A stretch of DNA of 64,000 bases from a virus. The translations under genes were made by a program, and so were the position numbers. Of the stretch, positions 39,201 to 48,628 are shown in pieces; the stretch's first letter is position 1; the number at the start of each line of letters is the position of its first letter. Below the pieces are notes generated by a model. That model was not told the DNA's origin and ran no database searches. It saw only the letters and a program-made list of their open reading frames with translations. The DNA lies in IMG/VR virus record IMGVR_UViG_3300008448_000049, positions 1 through 64,000 of that record; one strand, given 5' to 3'.

Positions 39201-42084
39201 AGAAGATAAATTAGTCTCTGCTGATACTAAGGCTAAGAAGACTGATTTTACTGAATCATTTAAAACTATCTTGGACATTGCTTCTGGTTACAGAGACAGT
39301 GATGGACAACCTATTGGTTCAGATATGCTTGATGAACGTAAGGCTGTTATCAAAGAAGCTCAAGAGGAGATGGAGAATGCACGTAATGAATGGGCTGGCT
39401 ACTCAGGATTAACTCGTGACGAGATGGAGCTTTTAATTGATTTGTCTAAAAAGAAAAAAGAGAATGGTGAATTAGAACCAAATGAGTTTGAGAAGTTTAA
39501 AGAATTACTAAACAGGCAAGATTCACTAGGACTTACTAAGAATGAACGTGCTGAGATTACAGGCTTGTTTGGAGATCTTAGAGAGCTACAAACTAAAGAC
39601 CCGACTACTTATTATGTTGATGCTATTAATCACTGGATGGATATAATAGACTCACAAGAAGTGTATGATGAATTAAACTTCAATGAGTTTAATGCAAGCA
39701 ACATGGATAAGCTTTATAATCCGAGTGTATTAAGCAAGATGTTTGCTAAGAGTCCTGAGTTTGAAAAATGGTTTAAAGCAAATCACCTTGAGAAAAATTA
39801 TAGAGACAAAGATGCAAAGTCTGTAACAAGCTATGAAAGATTATATGTATGGAACATTATTAAACCTAATGACCCAAACATGTATGAGACAAAGCCGTCT
39901 CTTAAATACTTTACAAGAGTTGTAAAAAAAGAGTACAAGAATGGTTATGATAAAAACACAGGTGAAGTCAAATTAATAATAGGTGTACATAAAGATAACA
40001 GAGGAGAGTGGTTACCTAAGCAAGATGTTAATTCACCTTATTACAACCAAGCTTACTTTGACTTACAAAAAAATGATCCTAAATTATTTAAACTTCTTGA
40101 GTTTCTTAAAGAAGAACATTTAAAATCACAGGACGGTCTTTCAAAACGTGGTAAGTTGTATTATGATTTCCCCCGCTACGGAATGAGTGGTTTAGAAGCT
40201 GCCCAAGCAAAAGGTATAAAAGGAACAGCTGCAGAAAAGCTTAGTCCTATTTCAGCTATGCTCACAAAGATTAAGCAATTTTTTACGGGAGCAATGGATG
40301 AGCAGGGTAGTATTTATAACGCGGATATGGCTAACGAGTTGGTTAGAGCTGATGGTTTTAATGACCAGATAGAGAACATACCAATGCAAGGCTTATTTAA
40401 TCTAGAACTTAAAGATACTTCAACAGATGTTATAAGTGGTATACTACGTTATATCTATAACGCTGAACACCACAAACAGTTGGTTAAAATGAATCCTATT
40501 GCTCAAGGTTTAAAGAACTTGCTTGAAGATCCTAATAATAAACTTAAGGAACTAGATAAAATTAACCGTTCAAACTTTATAAACTTTGGTGCTACAACTT
40601 ACGCTAACAAGAAAGGTAAGTATATCCGTAAGGATGCAATTGCCCAGTATTATGAACGTGACTTTCAGGGCCAGTCTATAACAGGATTTGGTAAAGATAT
40701 ACCATGGATACAGAATGTACAGAGACACTTGTTTGGTAAAGCAGCGTTTTCCTTCTTTGCCTTTAACATACCATCTGCTTTGAAGAACATGTTTACTAAA
40801 AAGTTTCAGAGTTTAATACTTGCTTCAGCAGGTAATGATCTTACAGTAAGTACCTTGTTTAAGGGAGAATCTTGGTCAATGAAATACATGATGAAGCTTA
40901 GTGGTTCTGATATCTATGCTAAGGGGCCTAAGTCACTGGAGCATCAGATAGGTGAGATATTTGATCCAAGCCCTAATAGATTTCAAGAAAAGTTTCATGA
41001 GTCAATCACAAGAACATTTGCAAAAGATGTAGTGAGTACGGGTTGGTTTTATAACTTCCGTAAATGGACTGAGGTACAAGCAACCATGCAAACATTTGCT
41101 GGCATGATGTTCAAGAAGAAAATACCTATGGGTAATCAGATGATTGATTATATGGATGCATGGGAACTTAATGCTCAGGGTAAGATACAACTTAAAGCGG
41201 GTATTGATCCTACGTGGGGTATTACGTATGATGAAGAAGGTAACATGAGTGTAGGTGCTGAATTTAAAGCATTTAAAAATAAAGTTGGTGCTGTTAATAC
41301 AAAACTGGATGGAGCTTTTGCTAAGCTTGATCAGCCTTTGATGCAACGTCTTATAGCATTTAGATTTGTGCAGTTCCTTAAAAAGCATATGATCACAATG
41401 AGTATTAACAGGTTTGGAAGAAACCGTATGGCTCCAGGATATGGTCAGGAAGATGAAGGTTACTATGTGCAAGCTGTTAAGTCTTTACTTGGGGCTATTA
41501 AGAATAGAAACATAAATGATATGACTAGAGAAGATAGAGCAGCTTGGATGAGAATTATTACTGAAGTTGGTGTGCTTTATTTAATGGGTCTATTAATGGG
41601 ACCTTTATTTGGATGGGATGAAGACGATGAAGATAGATACAAGAAGCTACGTGAAAAGAGTGGTAAAATGACAATACCTTTCTTAGCTGATGAAGAGCCT
41701 GGACAAGAATTTAACTTAGCAGGTTTCATGGAACTGCATGCTATGAATCAAATGCTTCAGATCCGTTCAGAGAATGAGCAGTTTATTCCATGGCCAGGTA
41801 TGGGTCTTGATAACTTATCAACTGTTGTGGATCTTAAGTCATTAGCCTTTGGACCAACAACAGATACATGGCAACGTATAGGAACTGACCTGGTTAATAT
41901 ATGGGAAGGTAATGAACGTCAGTTTTATAAACGCCGTAGTGGTCCATTCAACTGGTCACAACAAGGCGGTCGTCAGATATGGGCCCATATAGGTAAGATG
42001 TTTGGTGTAACAGGTTCTAACATCTCACCAGGTGATATGATTACAAACTGGGATAAGGCACAAAACATGTCTGCCAAGAGATAA
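36268..42084 (+). CDS. Giant virion ejection protein with an N-terminal zincin-like domain
   Basis: 1938 aa; HEFAH at 36802-36816 then AEEVIV; long helical body; hydrophobic segment IITEVGVLYLMGLLMGPLFGW near the C-terminus; single Cys at residue 4. Confidence 0.75.
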   Translation: MITCPNLSNPTVKAQWDAIANNPALGNREAMREFMEAEMNNRPIGTPEQVMAKLEAREVVNPIASHDKFVADMKNIIAAKSNDPVLTDPDTLYGFASVVQPINTKSLSVTDNSNGRAMEVLNKLSEATGINYSFITPEEAVIITANSKNPYTIGRAPAFFHGGTVYFINGMVNTELAFHEFAHPIVRTIQQDNPVLFEKLYMDAIRADQTLLDEAIAEYQDLQKALDNAVEDEEKDAIRLKLQKAVAEEVIVKALTRGAMLKEAGIKPSTGLAKALNNILAAIKKMLRSVFGNKVNVAKLDETTSLDKLAEMLHAGGNFVINTETVSQADVVAYNQDFQNYVNDLKQATEGDKGQAVMAMARRIYEGATDQIEMIMKNKNYQEMINLFADQYNRGDLQEMRANVSRYARELETKAESMIEDIQKTQSQVQSVVGAMLRLKVMMTKMEEHLNELRKDATNRDNVHRAYYYARVLEYWQKYISEAQDMMIKAGAKSDSPMNQLLGSIETSMKTSAKHINQMNNEGISDILWEQWESMSNRAEELFKDKIKRLEDRNASQAAINKEYVKFYGMNKADYERYKMLQAKQESGQDLTYEESKDLEIGKKASFDGIVMSREKVARAIRGEGADARYIESYFEGYLYSSDPVIGGFALYFKNNMTEMEARVQSRVSGMSGALKELIDDAGINFLKPGELGKKIGFVDKFGYIDKNGTFQQKEVWAMLNPYKDYRYDVDRFNNELKGLRDRYNRDRSKENQEAFAAKLAEKNAHMRKWMQQEYVDEYYEKDDLLGKDASDTVGQRAKFLRDEIFNRMEIINLAANRDDQLVDNTKEMDDLWKEYNQLYSSYYLNGQKKTGVDLEVAQRLQQHRDLTRKFHEYKPRTGVYENELAKKEQQIRDNLISLQYEEGTEEFDDQFEAYRDMWIKANTVTKIKPEFYEIRSKLIENLKEILGRPAARLRQQLKDLEAKGIKTAADRALKKDLEDKLVSADTKAKKTDFTESFKTILDIASGYRDSDGQPIGSDMLDERKAVIKEAQEEMENARNEWAGYSGLTRDEMELLIDLSKKKKENGELEPNEFEKFKELLNRQDSLGLTKNERAEITGLFGDLRELQTKDPTTYYVDAINHWMDIIDSQEVYDELNFNEFNASNMDKLYNPSVLSKMFAKSPEFEKWFKANHLEKNYRDKDAKSVTSYERLYVWNIIKPNDPNMYETKPSLKYFTRVVKKEYKNGYDKNTGEVKLIIGVHKDNRGEWLPKQDVNSPYYNQAYFDLQKNDPKLFKLLEFLKEEHLKSQDGLSKRGKLYYDFPRYGMSGLEAAQAKGIKGTAAEKLSPISAMLTKIKQFFTGAMDEQGSIYNADMANELVRADGFNDQIENIPMQGLFNLELKDTSTDVISGILRYIYNAEHHKQLVKMNPIAQGLKNLLEDPNNKLKELDKINRSNFINFGATTYANKKGKYIRKDAIAQYYERDFQGQSITGFGKDIPWIQNVQRHLFGKAAFSFFAFNIPSALKNMFTKKFQSLILASAGNDLTVSTLFKGESWSMKYMMKLSGSDIYAKGPKSLEHQIGEIFDPSPNRFQEKFHESITRTFAKDVVSTGWFYNFRKWTEVQATMQTFAGMMFKKKIPMGNQMIDYMDAWELNAQGKIQLKAGIDPTWGITYDEEGNMSVGAEFKAFKNKVGAVNTKLDGAFAKLDQPLMQRLIAFRFVQFLKKHMITMSINRFGRNRMAPGYGQEDEGYYVQAVKSLLGAIKNRNINDMTREDRAAWMRIITEVGVLYLMGLLMGPLFGWDEDDEDRYKKLREKSGKMTIPFLADEEPGQEFNLAGFMELHAMNQMLQIRSENEQFIPWPGMGLDNLSTVVDLKSLAFGPTTDTWQRIGTDLVNIWEGNERQFYKRRSGPFNWSQQGGRQIWAHIGKMFGVTGSNISPGDMITNWDKAQNMSAKR

Positions 42085-42100
42085 CTCAACATCTAGTTGG

Positions 42101-42132
42101 AAAAAAAAAGGAGAACCCCGTAAGGTTCTCCT
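42101..42132 (-). terminator. Intrinsic terminator at the junction of the convergent arms
   Basis: Stem AGGAGAACC/GGTTCTCCT (42109-42132) with a 6-nt loop; A9 on + gives a U-tract on -; may be bidirectional. Confidence 0.8.
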
Positions 42133-42154
42133 CTATAATCTAACTTTGTACCCC

Positions 42155-42790
42155 TCAACTTGTCCGAGAGGATAGGTCTTGATTAATAATCCACAACAGA
42201 GTTTTCTTGTTCTGCGGCTTCAATATCTTATCAAGTGTTAGCATTGCATTATTTGATACAGCGGGACAACCCCAACCTTCAGGTACACCATTTGGGTACA
42301 CTTCATTGTCTGGTACATCATCCCAACTATGTAATACTATAGTTCTCTTTTCTGCATTCCGGTTTGTGTTTTCTAAACCCTGCAGAGTATACTTTATATG
42401 TATTCCCCAATTACTATAACCGCGTTCATTTATATAGTACTTACCTATAGATGAACAGTGACTATCAAACGCATTGCTAACTGTGGCATTGGTTTTTGAT
42501 TGGTCTAAACCCCATGGATTGTTTGCACAACCATGGCTAACCGTGAAGCTGTGAGTTACTTCATTTTTATTAAAGTCCCAAACATATAATCTATTAAGAC
42601 CTGAGTGTATACTCAGATCTATTAAGATATAAAAGTCAGTGTTGACTTTATGTTTGGTACAATAATCTTTGGCTTTTTGTGAATAAGCTCTAGTGTTGTC
42701 ATTATGTTTAGCCACTTCTGTTTTCACAGGAGCATTGCAATTTACCATAAACATAACACACACTATGCTCAGATAAATCTTTCTTAGCAT
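42155..42790 (-). CDS. Murein L,D-transpeptidase (YkuD_2-like) family putative lipoprotein
   Basis: Signal-like N-terminus ending MVNC; LIDLSIHSG..RLYVWD, VSHG, SSIGKY and IVLHSW...GWGCPAVS with catalytic His/Cys. Confidence 0.8.
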   Translation of the reverse strand: MLRKIYLSIVCVMFMVNCNAPVKTEVAKHNDNTRAYSQKAKDYCTKHKVNTDFYILIDLSIHSGLNRLYVWDFNKNEVTHSFTVSHGCANNPWGLDQSKTNATVSNAFDSHCSSIGKYYINERGYSNWGIHIKYTLQGLENTNRNAEKRTIVLHSWDDVPDNEVYPNGVPEGWGCPAVSNNAMLTLDKILKPQNKKTLLWIINQDLSSRTS

Positions 42791-42792
42791 AA

Positions 42793-43185
42793 TTAACTTT
42801 TATTAGTAGAGAGTATTTTATTAATATCAGGCTGGGAGTATCCCGGGCCCTTTTGGATCTTGCCATCTTCTCTAAAGATAGGCTTACCGTCTGATCCTAA
42901 CTTGCTCATGTTGCTACGTTGAATCTCACTAAAGACTTCTTCAATCTTGTGTTGAAGACCGTGCTTTAATATAGTTCCACATAGAATGTATAACTGATCA
43001 CCTAGTGCATCAGCTATCTCAACTAAGTCTCCGTTCCAACAAGCTTCCTTGTATTCATCATTTTCTTCAGCCATTAAATTATACCGGAGCAAAAATTCAT
43101 TCTCAGGTAATAATCTTGGCTCTGTTCCATTCTCTTGTAAGAATACTTTGTGAAATTCTTCCACGGCTTTTAATTGTTCTTGCAT
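42793..43185 (-). CDS. MazG-like / all-alpha NTP pyrophosphohydrolase (possible dUTPase)
   Basis: EE..EY...VEIADALGDQLY, EIQRSNMSKL, REDGKI.KGP.Y..P. Confidence 0.85.
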   Translation of the reverse strand: MQEQLKAVEEFHKVFLQENGTEPRLLPENEFLLRYNLMAEENDEYKEACWNGDLVEIADALGDQLYILCGTILKHGLQHKIEEVFSEIQRSNMSKLGSDGKPIFREDGKIQKGPGYSQPDINKILSTNKS

Positions 43186-43907
43186 TATATTATGTTGTTT
43201 AGGGTTAATATGTCTTTTACTTTGTCTATCAAATCTGATATACTACCATTGTTGTCTATCACATAATCAAATTCATGATTGTCAAGAGCTGTTTCTGAAG
43301 GGTGTTCTGTGAAAGCATCCCTACTTAACAAGTGAGTTTCTCCAGTTTTAGAGTGAGTAATAGGAAATCCTTTTCTATTAACTCTAATAGTGATACCACC
43401 TTTAGATTTTACAGCATCCATCTCATTAGGAAATCTCATGTCTGTGATAATCCAATTAGGAAGTTTATAATGTATCTCTGATTTATTATTTAAAAAGTGT
43501 TCATTGAAAAGCTCATCCATGCTTTTATTAGGAGTAAGATGATAATCAGCCATCAAAGCATTAACCCATACATTTTCATGTAAACCATTTCTCATAGCCT
43601 CTGTACCTAGTTTTTGAAGTAACTCTCTATAAGTTATTCCCCATTCTGGGCCCATCTCTCGTTTCTTAAAATCTTGGTCTTCTAGTTGCTCTAAGGTTGC
43701 TCCTGTTAGTATAGAAGCAATCTGTTTAAGCTTACCTGCAAACTTCTTAATTTCCCAGTTACTGTGAGTATCTAATAAGTAATGTTCTTTATTTATCCAG
43801 TCTTGAACAAAGTATTTTGTAGTATTCTCATCTAACATTAAATATTGAATGATTCTACCTACTGTATCTTTACCAGAGCCTATTTTTCCATTAATCCCTA
43901 TTATCAT
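43185..43907 (-). CDS. Deoxynucleoside monophosphate kinase
   Basis: IIGINGKIGSGKDT, FAGKLK, RELLQKLGTE..R, ITDMRFPNE, HPSETALD. Confidence 0.9.
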   Translation of the reverse strand: MIIGINGKIGSGKDTVGRIIQYLMLDENTTKYFVQDWINKEHYLLDTHSNWEIKKFAGKLKQIASILTGATLEQLEDQDFKKREMGPEWGITYRELLQKLGTEAMRNGLHENVWVNALMADYHLTPNKSMDELFNEHFLNNKSEIHYKLPNWIITDMRFPNEMDAVKSKGGITIRVNRKGFPITHSKTGETHLLSRDAFTEHPSETALDNHEFDYVIDNNGSISDLIDKVKDILTLNNII

Positions 43908-44146
43908 AATTCTTTTTTCTTTCTAAGTGAATTAATCATTCCTTCAATTTCAATTAACAACTCAGCGGGCATACCTTCCTTTTCTTCTGTGGTTAATTCA
44001 ACCAACTGAATTTGCTCATCATACTTACATAATGATAAACAGTTTATACATATCATCAAGTTCCCTGGAGAGGGTATATCTCCAGGGTCTTTCATTGATG
44101 TGTAATTTGCTATTACTGCTTTGCAGTGTGGGCACGTTACTTCCAT
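43904..44146 (-). CDS. Small putative zinc-ribbon protein
   Basis: CPHC...CINC; overlap-coupled to both neighbours. Confidence 0.55.
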   Translation of the reverse strand: MEVTCPHCKAVIANYTSMKDPGDIPSPGNLMICINCLSLCKYDEQIQLVELTTEEKEGMPAELLIEIEGMINSLRKKKEL

Positions 44147-45264
44147 TATAAATCTAAATTGATATTAGTAATCATTGATGCATCAGCACACTTGCTACAC
44201 AATTGGCCATCATTCCATACAGCCTCTGCTCCTTGCATCTCGTTACAAGATACACAAGGCCAACCTTCATCTTCTGAATCATCTTCTCCTACTAAAGCTG
44301 AAAACAATTCAATAACAGTTCCTGATACAAGCTCTTCTTCTAATCCAACAACGTCTTCTTGAGCAACTCTAATCTCTAAAGGTTCATTAAATACAGCTTG
44401 GATTTCTGCAGTCTTTGGTTCATCATCCCAAGGCGCTGGTTCTACAACTTGTTCTGCTTCAACTTCTGCTATTACATCTAGTATAGTGATTTGATTACTT
44501 ATTACTTCCGGTTCATTTTCATTTAAAACGTCATCCTGTTTTGTATTAACAAGCATGAACTCTTTTTCTAAGAAGTTGTGAGATATAATCTGCTGATCCA
44601 TCCAAGTCCTAGGGTGTGCTTTTTGTAAAGCGATCAGTATTGCATGGTACATATACCATACAGTATTTGATTCACCATTGATAGCATAGCTAGACTTCTT
44701 ATATTGAGTTCCGATTATTGACATCTGCTCACTTGTAAACAACTCGTGTTCAAAATACATCCTGCCTGTTAACTCAGCACGTATCTTACTAGTCAATACT
44801 AGGTTTAACATTTTGTCTTTCTGAATAAGCAAATCTTTAAAATACTCCTCAGCGTTTATTAACTGATTATCAATTGTACTTAGTACATCACTGTCAGCAT
44901 CACCCGTATGCTTACGGGCATAAGTACCCATGTTACCACTAATAATAGATGCTAGTGATTCATGTACATAACCACCAACACAGCATTTGAATCTCATGCT
45001 CTTATCATAAGAATTACTCCATGTAAACAACATGCCGATATCCGGATCATCACCATATTTCAGGTGATAAATACCTTGTGCAATCTTTGCGTCTAAGTTG
45101 CACTTATAGAACTCACGTTCTATTTCAAATCCCATCTTCTCAAGGGTTTGCTCTGTTCTTTCTATTACATCTTTGTGAGGAACCACAGTATATGTATCTG
45201 TGGTCTCAGGTAAAGGAGCATTGATTAAATACTCCTTTGTTGTCATGCTTGGTCTTTTACTCAT
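44146..45264 (-). CDS. DUF932-like protein with acidic tail and C-terminal Cys4 motif
   Basis: TYTVVPH, NSYDKSM and RKHTG motifs; C-terminal CVSC...CSKC. Confidence 0.6.
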   Translation of the reverse strand: MSKRPSMTTKEYLINAPLPETTDTYTVVPHKDVIERTEQTLEKMGFEIEREFYKCNLDAKIAQGIYHLKYGDDPDIGMLFTWSNSYDKSMRFKCCVGGYVHESLASIISGNMGTYARKHTGDADSDVLSTIDNQLINAEEYFKDLLIQKDKMLNLVLTSKIRAELTGRMYFEHELFTSEQMSIIGTQYKKSSYAINGESNTVWYMYHAILIALQKAHPRTWMDQQIISHNFLEKEFMLVNTKQDDVLNENEPEVISNQITILDVIAEVEAEQVVEPAPWDDEPKTAEIQAVFNEPLEIRVAQEDVVGLEEELVSGTVIELFSALVGEDDSEDEGWPCVSCNEMQGAEAVWNDGQLCSKCADASMITNINLDL

Positions 45265-45267
45265 ATC

Positions 45268-47163
45268 TTAAAATAATGTTATTTGTTTTGGGCATATGTT
45301 ATCTATCTCCTTGTATATCTTATCCAGATAGTACCTCTCATTAATAAAATAATGTGACCACGGTTTTTCTTGAAACTTACTCATATCTTCCTGCATCCAC
45401 TTACCTGACTCAAGTTGTATTTCTCTCTTGTCATATTTATTAACTTTCATAATCTTACAGCCCTTCTCTGATATATAATACCGGATAGTCTTTTGCAATG
45501 TGTCAGTGGTTAATATACCTTTCTTCAAGCATCTTCTTTGGAATTCCCAATTGCCTTTAATCTTTACACCAGCACAATAGTCTAGTATATTTTTATTTTC
45601 CATCAGGCTTTTCTCAGGAGGAATGTCCTTTACAAAATAATTGAACAAGGCTTTAGGTATTACTAAGAAGCTTTTATTCTTGTGAAGAGCTAAGTTCTCA
45701 AACTCAAATCTGCCTTTGCACTTATACTTACCGGCAGTGTTTACTGCAATGTAGTTATTAACGTCAGCTAGAATCAATCTGCTATACTCGTCATGCTCTA
45801 ATTGCAGATTAGTTATCTTCTCCCACTCAGCACATATAGCTAAGTATTTGTCCTTGTAGTTCTCCGGTATCATCATCTCTATACCGTCAGTGTTTTGCAT
45901 TAACGGTACACAATCTGGTATACCTTCTGCTAGCATCTCATACAACATCATCAGCGTTAACTGACCATTGATTGTGATCTGCATACCAAACTGAGGATCA
46001 TACAAGAAACTATTTTCATCTATACTCAGACCAAATGTAGAATTCAGTATAATCTTAAAGACATAGTTCTTTGGATCTTTCTTAGGTATCTTTTTTCTCT
46101 CTTCAAAGAACCACTCATACAGATCACAGAATTCTTGTGCGGGTAGATGAGCGGGCGCCCAGCCATTTCTAATAGCCAGATTAGGATAAAAACTTGTAAC
46201 ATCCGAGGACATTATAATCATACCATCACCTGCTTTATAGATCCCACTCTTTCTTGCACCATGAACACCGCCTAAACCAAAGTCAGTCTTAACTCCTTTA
46301 TATTGCATTGAATACTTAAACCCGCCTTTTGTATTAGCTGCGTTTATTGTGACCATTTTGAAATTATCAAGCAAGTCTTGAAACACGGGTGTACTAAACT
46401 TAAGATAAGGGACAAGAATATCTTTGATGTTAATGAGGTTCCTCTGAGTCCTATACTGTTTTAAATCATACTTACTTATACCAGTCTTCTTAGATAGGAA
46501 TAGCAAGAACAACTCTTTAGAGATCCTAGGTTCAGATGCACTGTATAAAGATATACCATACTCTGCAGTAAGATTAGCTCTAAGATTAATTTGATCCTTA
46601 CTAAGCTCCATGATTCTTTTAGTGGAGCCCACATCATTCTTACAATAATCTATGATCATTGGAATTTGTTGCGCCGTTATTACAGTGCTATGATGAAGCG
46701 GCATCTCTTGGATATTATTCCAGTCCATTGAATACTGTATCCATTTCAGGCTAGAGCTTTTAGCTGCATTATCCCAATGGTTAAGTTTAAAAACATCTAC
46801 CTGTCTAATAGGTATATCCTTTTCACTAAACTCTTGGAACGCGCCATCATTAGACCTGGTGATACAGTCCTGAGCTTTTACATAAACCAGTGTTGCAATT
46901 TCTGCTGCTGTCAGTGTAACTAACTCTTTCTTCTTTTTAAGAATCATATTAGTAATCTGAGCATCAAACGCAAGACCGTTGTATGAGATATGCCATTCAT
47001 TGTTTTTGATATTGCTTTCCAAGAATTCTATTAACTCTTGGATATCATTTTGTGACTCATGTACAATAAATACTTTAGTAGTATCTTCTTTGTGATGCTG
47101 AAACACTGCGATAAAACAATTGGATAGGGTTTCATAATCCATTACCCAGTGACTTTTACTCAT
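45268..47163 (-). CDS. polB: DNA polymerase, family B
   Basis: Exonuclease motifs DYET, YNGLAFD, YCKND; polymerase motifs SSDVTSFYPN, KIILNSTFG, NTDG. Confidence 0.92.
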   Translation of the reverse strand: MSKSHWVMDYETLSNCFIAVFQHHKEDTTKVFIVHESQNDIQELIEFLESNIKNNEWHISYNGLAFDAQITNMILKKKKELVTLTAAEIATLVYVKAQDCITRSNDGAFQEFSEKDIPIRQVDVFKLNHWDNAAKSSSLKWIQYSMDWNNIQEMPLHHSTVITAQQIPMIIDYCKNDVGSTKRIMELSKDQINLRANLTAEYGISLYSASEPRISKELFLLFLSKKTGISKYDLKQYRTQRNLINIKDILVPYLKFSTPVFQDLLDNFKMVTINAANTKGGFKYSMQYKGVKTDFGLGGVHGARKSGIYKAGDGMIIMSSDVTSFYPNLAIRNGWAPAHLPAQEFCDLYEWFFEERKKIPKKDPKNYVFKIILNSTFGLSIDENSFLYDPQFGMQITINGQLTLMMLYEMLAEGIPDCVPLMQNTDGIEMMIPENYKDKYLAICAEWEKITNLQLEHDEYSRLILADVNNYIAVNTAGKYKCKGRFEFENLALHKNKSFLVIPKALFNYFVKDIPPEKSLMENKNILDYCAGVKIKGNWEFQRRCLKKGILTTDTLQKTIRYYISEKGCKIMKVNKYDKREIQLESGKWMQEDMSKFQEKPWSHYFINERYYLDKIYKEIDNICPKQITLF

Positions 47164-47516
47164 ACATCATCTTTTTTAGTTAATTCTTTAATCCTCTTAG
47201 ATAAAGCTGTTTTAAATCTATCATTAAGATCTTCTTTTTCTGTTAACCATATTAAATAAGATAAATGAGTACAAGTACTAATCTTATCACCTTTATATTT
47301 ACCAAAAGGAAATACTGTTACAGGTGCTGCTATTGTTGAAGAATTATCCATTTTAGACTTTCTTTCTACAAACTTGTACTTTTTTTTATTTGCTTCCAAT
47401 ACAAGATTTGATTTTATACTTGCTGTAACAACTGTTGTAGGTATATTAAAATATTCAGCGGCAAGTTTTTTACTTTCAAAACTTTGACCTGATATTACTT
47501 CAGTTACTTTGATCAT
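47160..47516 (-). CDS. Hypothetical protein (NUMOD1-like N-terminus, FPFGKYKG C-terminal domain)
   Basis: FESKKLAAEYFNI and FPFGKYKG.KI......YL.WL. Confidence 0.55.
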   Translation of the reverse strand: MIKVTEVISGQSFESKKLAAEYFNIPTTVVTASIKSNLVLEANKKKYKFVERKSKMDNSSTIAAPVTVFPFGKYKGDKISTCTHLSYLIWLTEKEDLNDRFKTALSKRIKELTKKDDV

Positions 47517-47552
47517 AATGTTTTATTCAGTTCAGCTGTCTCCCCTTATATG

Positions 47553-47588
47553 ACACAAAAAGGAGAGTGATTAGCTCTCCTCCTGTGT
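47553..47588 (-). terminator. Putative intrinsic terminator / attenuator hairpin
   Basis: AGGAGAG/CTCTCCT stem at 47561-47581 with a flanking A-run (U-tract on -), in an intergenic gap. Confidence 0.55.
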
Positions 47589-47602
47589 GTATGTATGTAT
47601 TA

Positions 47603-48019
47603 TTATTTAATTAATTCAATTTTAGGTTTCTCAGGTGTCACTAATAACGTGTCATCTAAATGCCCCATAAAATTAAACGTATCAGCATTAACTGCAACAC
47701 GCTTAATTAAATCAATAATCTCTGTTTTCTCTAAAATGTAATGCTCTGTATATGTATCAATGTGTAATCTTTGTTCCTTGAATGTTTTACCATTTTTACG
47801 TGGCGCTTTAGTCATAACGGGGTCTCCGTTCTCATCAAGCCTAGGTAGCATGTGTACTGTTTCTTTTGTCTCTTTGGACATCATGATTAATATTTTACCT
47901 TCTGGTTCATAGATGCCTTCTGTAAAGGGACACTCATTAGTAATTGGCATTAGTTTAAATGCTTTTCGCCCCTGCCATGCAGAGGTTACTAATAACATTG
48001 TTGGTTGTGTTGCTGACAT
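47603..48019 (-). CDS. Hypothetical protein
   Basis: 138-aa ORF with an A-rich upstream region, co-oriented with the operon. Confidence 0.65.
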   Translation of the reverse strand: MSATQPTMLLVTSAWQGRKAFKLMPITNECPFTEGIYEPEGKILIMMSKETKETVHMLPRLDENGDPVMTKAPRKNGKTFKEQRLHIDTYTEHYILEKTEIIDLIKRVAVNADTFNFMGHLDDTLLVTPEKPKIELIK

Positions 48020-48049
48020 ATTTTTTATTTTAAAATTAAGGTTACTAAG

Positions 48050-48616
48050 TTAATGTTTTTCTTTCACAATGTCTAAATTCATTATAGAAATATTAAGAGT
48101 CTCGTGTTTCATATCTGGTAATGAACACAACTCTCCTACTTCTTTAAGAACAGACTCATTTACACCCATCATCTCAGCATAGATTTTAAAATATCTGTCT
48201 GGAAATAAGAATGAATCAATATAGGGTAAGTTGGGATTACTTAAACCAATGTAGTGTCTAATACGTCTCTTGAAATCAGGAGTCAGTTTAGAGTACTTAC
48301 CATTAATTACATTGTCCCATTCAGACTTCATTGAACTAAAATCAAAAACATACACACCGCGATTGTCTTCAACTTGTTTAAAGTCATGGAATAACTTGTT
48401 ACCTATAAGTTTTTGTTTCTCAAATTGTTTGAACTCATCATCCCCACGTAAATAATACAGGCAGCTAAGTTTAGCATCCTCAGCTTTATGATTATTACTC
48501 CAGGCGATGTATGTTTCAATTGGGGTTACGCTAACCCCACGCTTTATGTCCAAAGAAGGATAGAGAAAGATCCTACTTTTTTGGACATAATCTTTGTACA
48601 GAGACTTTATTTGCAT
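48050..48616 (-). CDS. Hypothetical protein
   Basis: 188-aa ORF in the operon. Confidence 0.65.
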   Translation of the reverse strand: MQIKSLYKDYVQKSRIFLYPSLDIKRGVSVTPIETYIAWSNNHKAEDAKLSCLYYLRGDDEFKQFEKQKLIGNKLFHDFKQVEDNRGVYVFDFSSMKSEWDNVINGKYSKLTPDFKRRIRHYIGLSNPNLPYIDSFLFPDRYFKIYAEMMGVNESVLKEVGELCSLPDMKHETLNISIMNLDIVKEKH

Positions 48617-48628
48617 ATGTGTTTTATT

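Noticed and set aside
226-41472. Many 60-156 aa antisense or out-of-frame ORFs within the long + strand genes
   Set aside because: Fully nested in long genes with no recognisable motifs; typical shadow ORFs
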